A DNA stretch of 64,000 bases, from NCBI GenBank assembly GCA_043825875.1, contig JBDRRF010000005.1, positions 1-64,000 on the forward strand, read 5' to 3'. This DNA comes from Pseudomonadota bacterium. Lineage in GTDB: Bacteria; Desulfobacterota; Desulfobacteria; Desulfobacterales; RPRI01. A program made the position numbers and the translations under genes. This document shows, piece after piece, positions 27,137 through 35,768 of the stretch (position 1 is its first letter; every line of letters starts with the position of its first letter). A model generated the notes under the pieces. That model saw nothing but the letters and a program-made list of their open reading frames with translations, ran no database searches and had not been told where the DNA came from.

Positions 27137-28147
27137 ATGAAAACCGCGCCTCATTATATTACCAAAAGACTTTTACTACTGTCTTTATTTTTATTTGCAA
27201 TATTACTTGCCTGTGTTTTTGCCGGGATTTCCATAGGTTCCACGGGAGGAGGATTTAAGTGGGTGTGGAACTCAGTTACGGGACAAACCGCCGCTGATTC
27301 AATGTTAAATACAATCATCTGGCAGATTCGTTTTCCAAGAGTGCTTATGGCTGTGCTGGTTGGAGCCACCCTTTCTTTGGGGGGTCTTGTCTTTCAGGCG
27401 CTTTTAAGAAATCCTTTGGCGGAACCTTATATTTTAGGTATTTCCGGTGGTTCCGCAATAGGAGCTATTATCGCCATTCTTGCAGGGCTATCACTTTTTC
27501 CGGGTGTCAGTTTATTAGCATTTTCAGGAAGTATTATTATACTTATATTAATTCTTGCTATGTCTTCAGGGCAATCAATTTTAAAAAAAGACTCTTTGCT
27601 TCTATCAGGAGTTATAATTAATGCATTCTGTGCGGCTGTGATAATGTTTCTGATTTCAATGGCGCATGACACAAAAATTCATAATATCATGTTCTGGCTG
27701 ATGGGAGATCTGTCTATGATTGAGATGCGGCATGTCGGATATCTTGCATTGATACTTCTGCCGTGTTTTGCAATCATCTTTATTTTTTCGAATTCCATGA
27801 ATCTTATGCTTTTGGGAAAAGAAATGGCACAGTCTATGGGAGTAAACATCAAAGCTGTAACTATTACCCTGTTGATAACAACTTCTCTTATGGTCAGCGC
27901 CACTGTTGCTAATTGCGGTCTTTTGGGCTTTGTGGGTCTTGTTATGCCTCATCTTTTGCGTTTAACTTTCGGATCTGATCACCGCATACTGGTGCCTGCA
28001 TGTATCTTGGCAGGAGGATCATATATGGTCATTTGTGATTTGCTGGCAAGAAGTATACCGCAGCAAGGCGAGATGCCGGTTGGAGTTATTACCGCCATGA
28101 TAGGCGCACCGCTGTTTATATATCTGCTCAAAAGGTCCGCGCGATGA
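27137..28147 (+). CDS. btuC: Cobalamin ABC transporter permease (BtuC/FecCD)
   Basis: IRFPRV, LRNPLAEPYILGISGG, GFVGLVMPH, PVGVITAMIGAP. Confidence 0.9.
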   Translation: MKTAPHYITKRLLLLSLFLFAILLACVFAGISIGSTGGGFKWVWNSVTGQTAADSMLNTIIWQIRFPRVLMAVLVGATLSLGGLVFQALLRNPLAEPYILGISGGSAIGAIIAILAGLSLFPGVSLLAFSGSIIILILILAMSSGQSILKKDSLLLSGVIINAFCAAVIMFLISMAHDTKIHNIMFWLMGDLSMIEMRHVGYLALILLPCFAIIFIFSNSMNLMLLGKEMAQSMGVNIKAVTITLLITTSLMVSATVANCGLLGFVGLVMPHLLRLTFGSDHRILVPACILAGGSYMVICDLLARSIPQQGEMPVGVITAMIGAPLFIYLLKRSAR

Positions 28148-28995
28148 ACAATGCAATTGATATAAGCGGGCTAAGTTGCGCCTACGGGGAAAACACTGTT
28201 CTTAACGATATCGGTTTTTCTGTAAAATCCGGAGAATTATTTATTATTATCGGGCCAAACGGTTCGGGAAAGACGAGTTTGCTTAAAACCATATCAGGAA
28301 ACATGAAATACGAAGAAGGTGGAATTAAATTATCCGGGCGGAATATTAATGCTTTTTCCGGAAAATCTCTTGCCAGATCTATTGCGCTTGTTCCTCAGAA
28401 TGTACCCACGGACTTTCCTTTTACTGTTAAGGAACTGGTTCTTATGGGGCGTTCTCCCTATCTGGGAATTCTAGGCCTTCCTGGAAAAGAGGATTTTGAA
28501 ATTGCAGAACAGTCCCTTGCTTTTACAGGTGCAACACATCTTTCTTCCCGCAAACTGGATCAGTTAAGCGGTGGAGAAAGACAACTGGTTTTTATTGCAA
28601 GAGCAGTTTGTCAACAGACTGGTATTATTCTTCTTGATGAACCTACCGCATCCCTTGACCTGTCGCATCAGGTGAACATAATGGATCTTATGGAAAAGCT
28701 TGTGGAGAAGAAAGGGCTCACCGTTGTTATGGTATCTCATGATATAAATCTTGCTGCAATGTATGCCGATACTCTGCTTCTGCTTAAAGACGGCAAAATC
28801 AAAAGCATAGGCAAACCTGATGAAGTACTTACTTTTAAAGTTCTGGAAGAGGCTTATGGATGTACTATTCTGGTGGATCAGAGTCCTCTGGGAAATGTTC
28901 CAAGACTTACGCTTGTTCCGCAAAAGTATGTTGATGCAAATAATAAGTGCATCATCTCAAAAAGAGTTGAAGTAAATGAAGGAATCAAGGATTAA
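28144..28995 (+). CDS. btuD: Cobalamin ABC transporter ATPase
   Basis: GPNGSGKT, LSGGERQ, LLDEPT, SHDINLAAMY. Confidence 0.88.
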   Translation: MNNAIDISGLSCAYGENTVLNDIGFSVKSGELFIIIGPNGSGKTSLLKTISGNMKYEEGGIKLSGRNINAFSGKSLARSIALVPQNVPTDFPFTVKELVLMGRSPYLGILGLPGKEDFEIAEQSLAFTGATHLSSRKLDQLSGGERQLVFIARAVCQQTGIILLDEPTASLDLSHQVNIMDLMEKLVEKKGLTVVMVSHDINLAAMYADTLLLLKDGKIKSIGKPDEVLTFKVLEEAYGCTILVDQSPLGNVPRLTLVPQKYVDANNKCIISKRVEVNEGIKD

Positions 28996-29231
28996 AGGGG
29001 TCAAGGGTTCGAGTGAGATAACTTGTGAAAGTTATAAAGAGCTAAATGTTATTTTGATTATAATTTCAGTCTGTGTTTGAAACCCAAATTATGATATCTG
29101 GTGACTTGGGTTATATGGAAAAAGAAAGGTTTCAGGAAATAAGAGAAGAGATCGGGGATGTCGAGAGAATGCTAAAAGCGATGATCAAAACCCTGAAAAA
29201 TAAACACTTGAATCCTTGAATCCTGGACCCC
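28981..29231 (+). pseudogene. Internally deleted four-helix-bundle (IVS/Avd-like) gene bounded by inverted octamer arrays
   Basis: Remnants SYKELNV (29030-29050), SVC, then FETQIMISGDLGYMEKERFQEIREEIGDVERMLKAMIKTLKNKHLNP* (29076-29219); arrays at 28981-29012 and 29208-29231. Confidence 0.75.
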
Positions 29232-29287
29232 TTGTACACTTTCTCCCAAGTAATTGGGAGAAGACTTACTAAGTTAATTGATAAGAG

Positions 29288-29926
29288 GTGAATATGCTGG
29301 ATATGTTTAAAAGCGGCGGACCGATTATGTATCCGCTTTTATTGTGTTCAATAATTGCTATGGCAATCATTGTTGATCGTTCTTTTTTCTGGATTCTTAC
29401 AGGGATGCGAAGAAACAGAGAGCTTGTAAATGATGTCCTTGATCTTTGTCGTAAGGGAGATTGGGATGCCGTTAGAGCAAGATCTGCCGGTTCAAATAAT
29501 TATGTTGTAAGAGTTCTTATAAGCGGGATTTTACATCGTGAATATTCTTTGACAAAAGCAATGGAGTCAGCTGCAGCAGAAGAAATAAAACGCATGAGCA
29601 GATACATGGGAGTATTGGATACTATTATTACCGTAGCTCCGCTTCTTGGAATTCTGGGAACCGTGACAGGTATCATAAAGTCCTTTGAAGTGCTGGGAGC
29701 AGGAGGGCTTGATAACCCGCAATCGGTTACAGGAGGAATTGCTGAGGCACTGATTACAACTGCTGCCGGGCTTTCAATTGCTATACCCTCGGTATTTTTT
29801 TATAATTATTTTAATTCCTGTATTCAACGTGCAGGCCAGATCATAGAAAAATACGCAACAAGTTTTGAAATTGTCTATGAAAAAGTTGTTATGGCATCGG
29901 AGGGTAATAAAGGAAATAAAGAATGA
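29288..29926 (+). CDS. exbB: ExbB/MotA/TolQ proton channel
   Basis: GGPIMYPL, APLLGILGTVTG, GIAEALITTAAGL. Confidence 0.92.
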   Translation: MNMLDMFKSGGPIMYPLLLCSIIAMAIIVDRSFFWILTGMRRNRELVNDVLDLCRKGDWDAVRARSAGSNNYVVRVLISGILHREYSLTKAMESAAAEEIKRMSRYMGVLDTIITVAPLLGILGTVTGIIKSFEVLGAGGLDNPQSVTGGIAEALITTAAGLSIAIPSVFFYNYFNSCIQRAGQIIEKYATSFEIVYEKVVMASEGNKGNKE

Positions 29927-30327
29927 AAGTCAAAATACCGTCTGCACAAAAAAGCAGGATCGAAATGATCCCGCTTATTGATATTGTTTTTCTGGTTCTT
30001 GTATCTTTTATTTATGCAACTCTTTCCATGGCGGTGCATAAGGGTTTACCGGTATGCCTTCCTAAATCAAGTGCTGTAAAACCTGAAAAAAAACTGGTTC
30101 TTTCCGTTACTATTGATGCAGAAGGCAAAATCTATGTGGATAAACAAGAAGTGTTGCTTGAAGATTTAAGCGTAACACTTTCTAATATGGCCAAAGGGCA
30201 TACTGATCCTGGGGTTTTGCTTTTTGCAGACAAAAGCATTTCATACCAGAATCTTTTTAAAATTTTAGATAAAATCAAAATATCAGGATTGGAACGTATT
30301 TCTCTCCAGGCAGAGGCGGAAAGATAA
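29923..30327 (+). CDS. exbD: ExbD/TolR protein
   Basis: IEMIPLIDIVFLVL, ADKSISY. Confidence 0.92.
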   Translation: MKVKIPSAQKSRIEMIPLIDIVFLVLVSFIYATLSMAVHKGLPVCLPKSSAVKPEKKLVLSVTIDAEGKIYVDKQEVLLEDLSVTLSNMAKGHTDPGVLLFADKSISYQNLFKILDKIKISGLERISLQAEAER

Positions 30328-31041
30328 ATGAAGCGTCTGCTGGTTGCCATAATACTGGCGCTTATGTTTCATGCCGGTTTGATGGCGCTTAATTTAGGTT
30401 GGTTTTTTGAAAAAAACATTAAATTGCCAAAGGCTGATTTTGTTGAAGTAACAATATCATATCGCGAGCCACCTCCTAAACCTGTAGTAAAAATAAATAA
30501 AGTTAAGCCTGTTGAAAAACCGAAAATAAAACCTAAAAAAATAGTAATACCTCCAAAAAAAATTGAGCCGATACCGGTTCCGGTAGAAGAGATCATTTTA
30601 CCTGATGAAAGGGAAATAGAAAATGACCAACCTGAAATAATACCGGAGCCTGTAGAAGATAATAAGGATAATGAAGAAATTGAGGAAGAAACTGATAATA
30701 TAATAACGGATGAAAATACATCAGAAAATAATACTATAGATGATAGTCTCGCTACCGCAAATGTTATACGGGAAGCATATCCTTTATATAAAACAAATCC
30801 TCCCCCTGCATATCCTAAAGTTGCCAGAAGAAGAGGTTATCAGGGCATTGTAATAATAAATGTTTTTGTTGATGAAAATGGCCGGGTAAAAGATTTAAAA
30901 TTATTTAATTCAAGCGGTCACAGAGTTTTAGATAAAGCTGCATTAAATGCAGTTAAAAACTGGGTTTTTGAGCCTGGAACGAAAGGGAAGAATAAGATGG
31001 CAATGTGGGTAAGAGTGCCAATAAGATTTGAATTGAAGTAG
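30328..31041 (+). CDS. tonB: Energy transducer TonB
   Basis: N-terminal TM helix with His, Pro/Lys/Glu-rich linker, PAYPKVARRRGYQG...SSGHRVLDKAA. Confidence 0.92.
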   Translation: MKRLLVAIILALMFHAGLMALNLGWFFEKNIKLPKADFVEVTISYREPPPKPVVKINKVKPVEKPKIKPKKIVIPPKKIEPIPVPVEEIILPDEREIENDQPEIIPEPVEDNKDNEEIEEETDNIITDENTSENNTIDDSLATANVIREAYPLYKTNPPPAYPKVARRRGYQGIVIINVFVDENGRVKDLKLFNSSGHRVLDKAALNAVKNWVFEPGTKGKNKMAMWVRVPIRFELK

Positions 31042-31062
31042 GGCGGGGTTTTATACCCCGCC
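31038..31062 (+). repeat. GTAG-family REP-like palindrome overlapping the tonB stop codon
   Basis: GTAG-GGCGGGGT-TTTAT-ACCCCGCC. Confidence 0.75.
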
Positions 31063-31085
31063 GAAATATGGTAAAGGAGTTAAAG

Positions 31086-31268
31086 ATGTATCTATACTGG
31101 CGTATACAGCAGGATTTGAACTGCCTTGGTGAAACCATACGATTTACTGATCCTAGTTTTATCAGATGTCATAGGCAATGGCTGAGAAAAAATCTGGCAG
31201 GCATAGCCCTTGCTGAAGGTTTTGAAGTTGAAGAATTACTAAAAAAAAGCTTAAGCGAAATAAATTAA
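31086..31268 (+). CDS. Hypothetical 60-aa protein
   Basis: AAGGAG ribosome-binding site 6 nt before ATG 31086; open to TAA at 31268; no family recognised. Confidence 0.5.
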   Translation: MYLYWRIQQDLNCLGETIRFTDPSFIRCHRQWLRKNLAGIALAEGFEVEELLKKSLSEIN

Positions 31269-31372
31269 CGATTTTATACAATAATTAATATTGGGGATTT
31301 ATTATTTTAATAAATAATATATAAAATATCTTGACAAAGTACTTCTTTAATACTTATTAAAGAAGGAAATAT

Positions 31373-31600
31373 AAATTCAGGTGCTTTTTAGCATATGGCG
31401 GCATGTGAAATGCCGCCCTACGGAATGCGTTGTAGGGCGGGGTTTTACACCCCGCCGGAATAGGGAACTCCGTGTGATTCGGAGACGGGCCCGCCGCTGT
31501 AATCGGGGACGAAGGTTGCAAGATGTCACTGTCACATATAATTGTGATGGGAAGGCGCAGCCTAATGGATGATCCGAGAGTCAGAAGACCTGCCTGAATT
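31373..31600 (+). ncRNA. Cobalamin riboswitch upstream of cbiM, carrying a REP insertion
   Basis: CAGGTGC...AATAGGGAAC...GCCCGCCGCTGTAA...GTCACTG...GGGAAGGC...AGTCAGAAGACCTGCCTG. Confidence 0.93.
31397..31456. repeat. Divergent doublet of GTAG-family REP-like palindromes
   Basis: GGCGGCATGTGAAATGCCGCC-CTAC (31397-31421) and GTAG-GGCGGGGTTTTACACCCCGCC (31432-31456). Confidence 0.78.
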
Positions 31601-31657
31601 ATTGTGTGTTTTCTACGGACAAGAGAGCGCTGCAAGGATCATGAGGAAAAAAATGGG

Positions 31658-31697
31658 ATTCCCCGGATCGATTAACATCGGTTCGGGGATTTTTTTT
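31658..31697 (+). terminator. Riboswitch expression-platform terminator
   Basis: TCCCCGGATCGAT...ATCGGTTCGGGGA followed by T8. Confidence 0.85.
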
Positions 31698-31748
31698 GTA
31701 TTTTTTGGGGTTTGTACCAATATATACTTTTTCACAGGAGATGTGCTT

Positions 31749-32546
31749 ATGAAGAAAATTGTATTTAAAACAGCCTGCACAGCGTTAAATAATTTTAAAG
31801 TTCATTTTCTTGCATTATCAGCTTTTATCATTTTGGCGTTTTCCGGTAATGCTTATGCAATGCATATATCCGAAGGGATATTACCTTTCAACTGGGCGGT
31901 GTTATGGTTTGTTATAGCTGCGCCATTTGTAGCGTATGGCTTATATAAGTTAAAAAAGCTTTCAAGTCTTGATCCTTCTTTCAAGCCACTTGTCGGTCTT
32001 GTAGCAGCAGTTGTTTTTATCATCTCATGCATGCCCATGCCTGTTCCAACAGCCGGCACATGTTCACATCCATGCGGAACCGGAATCTCTGCAATATTAC
32101 TTGGTCCTGGATTAAGTGTTCTTGTAGCTTCCGTAGCTCTGTTTATTCAGGCTCTTTTTCTTGCACATGGCGGATTAAGCACATTGGGTGCAAATATAGT
32201 ATCTATGGGCATAATGGGATCTTTTGCCGGATATATTACCTTTAAAACCTTGCGCGGATTTAATACAAACCTTTTTGCGGCAGGGTTTGCAGCAGGATTA
32301 ATAGCAGACTGGGCCACATATCTTTCCACTTCGGCTGAACTGGCATCGGGCATAATGGGCGGCTCGCCTTTTATGCCGCTTTTCACAAAAATAATTATAG
32401 CTTTTGTTCCTACTCAGCTTCCTCTTGGAATACTTGAAGGAGCCATCACCGGCGGAATGGTTGTATTGCTGTACAAGAAAAGGCCAGATTTGCTCATAAA
32501 GATGAAAGTAATTAAACCGGTGGGAGGTGTAGCCAATGAAGCCTGA
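31749..32546 (+). CDS. cbiM: Cobalt ECF transporter S component
   Basis: ATG 31749 after AGGAG; signal-like leader ending AYA-MHISEGILP; GTCSHPCG, AHGGLSTLGAN. Confidence 0.92.
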   Translation: MKKIVFKTACTALNNFKVHFLALSAFIILAFSGNAYAMHISEGILPFNWAVLWFVIAAPFVAYGLYKLKKLSSLDPSFKPLVGLVAAVVFIISCMPMPVPTAGTCSHPCGTGISAILLGPGLSVLVASVALFIQALFLAHGGLSTLGANIVSMGIMGSFAGYITFKTLRGFNTNLFAAGFAAGLIADWATYLSTSAELASGIMGGSPFMPLFTKIIIAFVPTQLPLGILEGAITGGMVVLLYKKRPDLLIKMKVIKPVGGVANEA

Positions 32547-32847
32547 AAAAAGTAAAATTATGGTCAAAATGGTTATGATCTTTGTTTTATCTGCAATTGT
32601 AGTTTGTTGCTTTCAGCCGTTTGTTTATAGTTCGGAAAAGTGGCCGGGCGTTGATGAATCCGTAGTGGAAAAATACGCAAAAGAGCATGGCCGGGAATCA
32701 TGCGATCCTCTTATAAATACAGATCAGGGAGACCTGCTTTTATTTGTATTTCTTCTGGCAGGTACAATAGGCGGATTTATCGGCGGATATTACTGGAGGA
32801 TGCTTCTTGTTCCACCAGGAGACCGGAAGGAAAGCCATAGTCTTTAG
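32536..32847 (+). CDS. cbiN: Cobalt transport protein CbiN
   Basis: WPGVDESVVEKYA...GDLLLFVFLLAGTIGGFIGGYYW, between cbiM and cbiQ. Confidence 0.8.
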   Translation: MKPEKSKIMVKMVMIFVLSAIVVCCFQPFVYSSEKWPGVDESVVEKYAKEHGRESCDPLINTDQGDLLLFVFLLAGTIGGFIGGYYWRMLLVPPGDRKESHSL

Positions 32848-32893
32848 GCTAATATTTCAAATATTATATATAAACAAGATTTCACTGGAACTC

Positions 32894-32953
32894 TGAACCT
32901 TGAACCTTGAACCCTGAACCCTTGAACCCTGAACCCATAAACCCATAAACCCT
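32894..32953. repeat. 7/8-mer tandem array (TGAACCT/TGAACCC)n
   Basis: About eight units between cbiN and cbiQ; reverse complement of the 27085-27120 array type. Confidence 0.8.
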
Positions 32954-32996
32954 CGTAATGAAGGACTAATAAAAAGTACTTTAGATAAAAACCAAT

Positions 32997-33752
32997 ATGC
33001 ATTTATTTGACGAATATTATAAAAACAATAATCTTCTCACAAGAGTTGATGTTAGAATCAAGCTCATATTAACGTTTTCACTGCTGATTATGGTTTTATG
33101 CAGCAATGGAATAACATTTCCTTTATTTATAGCCGTGCTTTCCTTAGTTATTTGCAGGATTATTGATATACCTTCACGCGTTATGCTTATCAGATTTTCA
33201 GAGCCCCTTTTTATAGCCGCTATGCTTCTTTTTTTAAAATTCTTTTTTACAGGCCACGAACCTTTGTTTTGTGTAAGTATTGCAGGGATTGACATCGTAG
33301 GGTACAAAGACGGCCTGATGGAAGGAATAAGGCTTTCAAGCCGCATTATAGGAGCTGTTTCGCTTATTGCACTTGCCGGATTTTCTTCTCCTTTTACAGA
33401 TATTATTACAGGTCTTTCATGGTTTAAAATTCCATCGCTGTTTATAGAGCTATTGATGATTACCTACAGATATATTTTTGTTCTTTTTGAAGATGCAGGC
33501 GTTATATATAATGCTCAAAAAAACAGACTCGGTTATTCAAGTATCCGGTCAGGCTTAAGTTCTTTCGGAACGCTTTCGGGTGAACTTATAATAAGAGCTT
33601 TTGACCGCAGCCAGATAACGACCCAGGCAATGTTTCAAAGAGGATACACCGGGAATATGCCTGTCGGCCATAGTGCTTCTTTTAAAAAAAATGAAGTTGC
33701 GATAGCATTAGTTATAATTGTTGCAGCCGGAGTGCTATGGAAAATTATGTAA
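32997..33752 (+). CDS. cbiQ: Cobalt ECF transporter T component
   Basis: DVRIKL, YRYIFVL, AQKNRLGY, AMFQRGY. Confidence 0.9.
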   Translation: MHLFDEYYKNNNLLTRVDVRIKLILTFSLLIMVLCSNGITFPLFIAVLSLVICRIIDIPSRVMLIRFSEPLFIAAMLLFLKFFFTGHEPLFCVSIAGIDIVGYKDGLMEGIRLSSRIIGAVSLIALAGFSSPFTDIITGLSWFKIPSLFIELLMITYRYIFVLFEDAGVIYNAQKNRLGYSSIRSGLSSFGTLSGELIIRAFDRSQITTQAMFQRGYTGNMPVGHSASFKKNEVAIALVIIVAAGVLWKIM

Positions 33753-34585
33753 GACTTTGCGTAAAAGACGTATCTTTAATATATCCTGATGGAACAAAAG
33801 CTCTTTTAGACATCAGCATTGAAATCAAAAAAGGAGAGTTTGCAGCAGTACTTGGTTCCAATGGATCTGGAAAAACAACGCTGCTTAAAATCATGGATGG
33901 GCTCCTTAAAGGCTCTGAAGGCACAGTACTTCTTGATGGTAAAAATATCAGAGAGCTTAGCCCTAAAATGAGATATCAAAAGATAGGCCTTGTTTTTCAA
34001 AACCCGGATGATCAGCTTTTTGCTGCAACCCTGTTTGATGATATAGCGTTTGGTCCGATAAATATGGGGTTAAATGTTTCTGAAGTTAAGGATCGTGTTC
34101 TTTGTGCATTAAAAGATGTTGAACTTGATGGTCTTGAGAAGAAATCCATTCATAACTTAAGTTATGGTCAGAAAAAAAGAGCATGTATAGCAGGGCTTCT
34201 TGCCATGGGCCATGAAATATTGCTGCTTGACGAACCGACGGCAGGCCTTGATCCAATGGGCGAATACAAGATGATGAGTCTTTTAAAAAAACTTAACCTG
34301 GAAAACGGCGTTACAATTGTAATGGCCACACACAGTGTGGATCTGGTCCCGATATTTTTATCCAAACTTTATATATTAAGCTGTGGCCGGATTGTAAGAA
34401 GCGGGGTACCCGAAGAGGTGTTTACAGCTCCAATGGAAATGTCGGAAGTAAAGCTCAGATTGCCCATGATTGCTGAGCTTGTTTATAAATTAAAGAATGA
34501 AGACGGCTTGCAGTTTGAGCGTATTCCGCTGACAATCGGCGAAGCCAGAAGAGATATAATAAAAGCAATGGAAAGCAAATCATGA
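33737..34585 (+). CDS. cbiO: Cobalt ECF transporter ATPase
   Basis: GSNGSGKT, FQNPDDQLF, LSYGQKKR. Confidence 0.9.
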   Translation: MENYVRLCVKDVSLIYPDGTKALLDISIEIKKGEFAAVLGSNGSGKTTLLKIMDGLLKGSEGTVLLDGKNIRELSPKMRYQKIGLVFQNPDDQLFAATLFDDIAFGPINMGLNVSEVKDRVLCALKDVELDGLEKKSIHNLSYGQKKRACIAGLLAMGHEILLLDEPTAGLDPMGEYKMMSLLKKLNLENGVTIVMATHSVDLVPIFLSKLYILSCGRIVRSGVPEEVFTAPMEMSEVKLRLPMIAELVYKLKNEDGLQFERIPLTIGEARRDIIKAMESKS

Positions 34586-34611
34586 AATCAATTAAGTAAG
34601 GATAGAAGCTA

Positions 34612-35259
34612 ATGGATTTAATGACAGGTCACAAAATCGAACAGCGCAGTCTGGCTATAATAGAAGATACAGTGGGAGAGCATGGCTTTAAGCTAAGGCA
34701 GTGGGCAATTGTACGCAGAATGATACATGCCTCGGCTGATTTTACAATTTTGCCTTTAATAAAATTTAATGCAGATCCAATATCAAAAGGAATTGAAGCA
34801 TTCAAACGGGGCGCAGCAATTATAACCGACAGCACCATGCTAAAAAGCGGTATTTCCAGAGAGCGTCTTTCCCAAATTAATCCTGTTTATGAAAAAGATA
34901 ATATATTTTGCAATATTGCAGATAATGAAGTTGCCAGGCTGTCAAAGACACATAATTTGCCCCGCTCTATTTTTAATATACGATCACTTAAGGATAAAAT
35001 CCATAGAGGCATTGTTTGTATAGGCAATGCTCCGACTGCACTTTGGGAAATTGTAAGGCTTATAAAAGAGGAGGGCATTGTACCTGACTTGATATTTGCA
35101 ATGCCGGTAGGTTTTGTTAATGTTGTTGAAACAAAAGATATGATTAAACAAACGGATCTTTCTTATATATTAATGGAAGGCCCGCGCGGCGGCACAACTT
35201 TTGTTGTAGCGGCTGTTAATGCAATTGCCATATTGGCATTGGAGGAAATTAATGAATGA
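34612..35259 (+). CDS. cbiC: Cobalt-precorrin-8 methylmutase
   Basis: IEQRSLAII, RRMIHASADF, IGNAPTAL, PVGFVNVVE, GPRGGT. Confidence 0.92.
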   Translation: MDLMTGHKIEQRSLAIIEDTVGEHGFKLRQWAIVRRMIHASADFTILPLIKFNADPISKGIEAFKRGAAIITDSTMLKSGISRERLSQINPVYEKDNIFCNIADNEVARLSKTHNLPRSIFNIRSLKDKIHRGIVCIGNAPTALWEIVRLIKEEGIVPDLIFAMPVGFVNVVETKDMIKQTDLSYILMEGPRGGTTFVVAAVNAIAILALEEINE

Positions 35260-35768
35260 AAGCATTTATCTTGCTTGGACACGGCAGCCGGGTACCCGGT
35301 GCAGGAAAGGATATGGAGACGGCTGCACTGATGCTGGAAGAAAAATATCAACTGGATATTGTTGAATGCTGTAATATGTCACGGCTCGGACCGCATTTTC
35401 CGGAAACACTTAAGACATGTGTTTTAAAAGGAGCAACGGAAGTAATTGTAATTCCCTATTTTTTGAACATGGGACTTCATATCCGGCTTGATATTCCTGA
35501 AATGATGAAAAAAGAAGCTGAAAAATATCCCGGTATCCGGTTGGTTTATGGGAAACACTTAGGCTTTGATGAAGCTTTTGTTGATATATTGCATAAACGT
35601 ATTGAGCAATCTGCCGCACTCCCGGATGTAAGAGAAATAGAACTTTTGCCGCGGGAAAAATATCCGGTTCCGGAAGGTCAGGGGGAATTTGTGGAAATGT
35701 CACCTGAAGAGGCAAAGAAATTTGCAAGCGGTCATAGCCATTTGCACCAACATTCGCATGAACACTGA
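35256..35768 (+). CDS. cbiX: Sirohydrochlorin cobaltochelatase, short CbiX type with His-rich tail
   Basis: LLGHGSR, IPYFLNMGLHIRLDIP, HLG; ends GHSHLHQHSHEH. Confidence 0.88.
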   Translation: MKAFILLGHGSRVPGAGKDMETAALMLEEKYQLDIVECCNMSRLGPHFPETLKTCVLKGATEVIVIPYFLNMGLHIRLDIPEMMKKEAEKYPGIRLVYGKHLGFDEAFVDILHKRIEQSAALPDVREIELLPREKYPVPEGQGEFVEMSPEEAKKFASGHSHLHQHSHEH

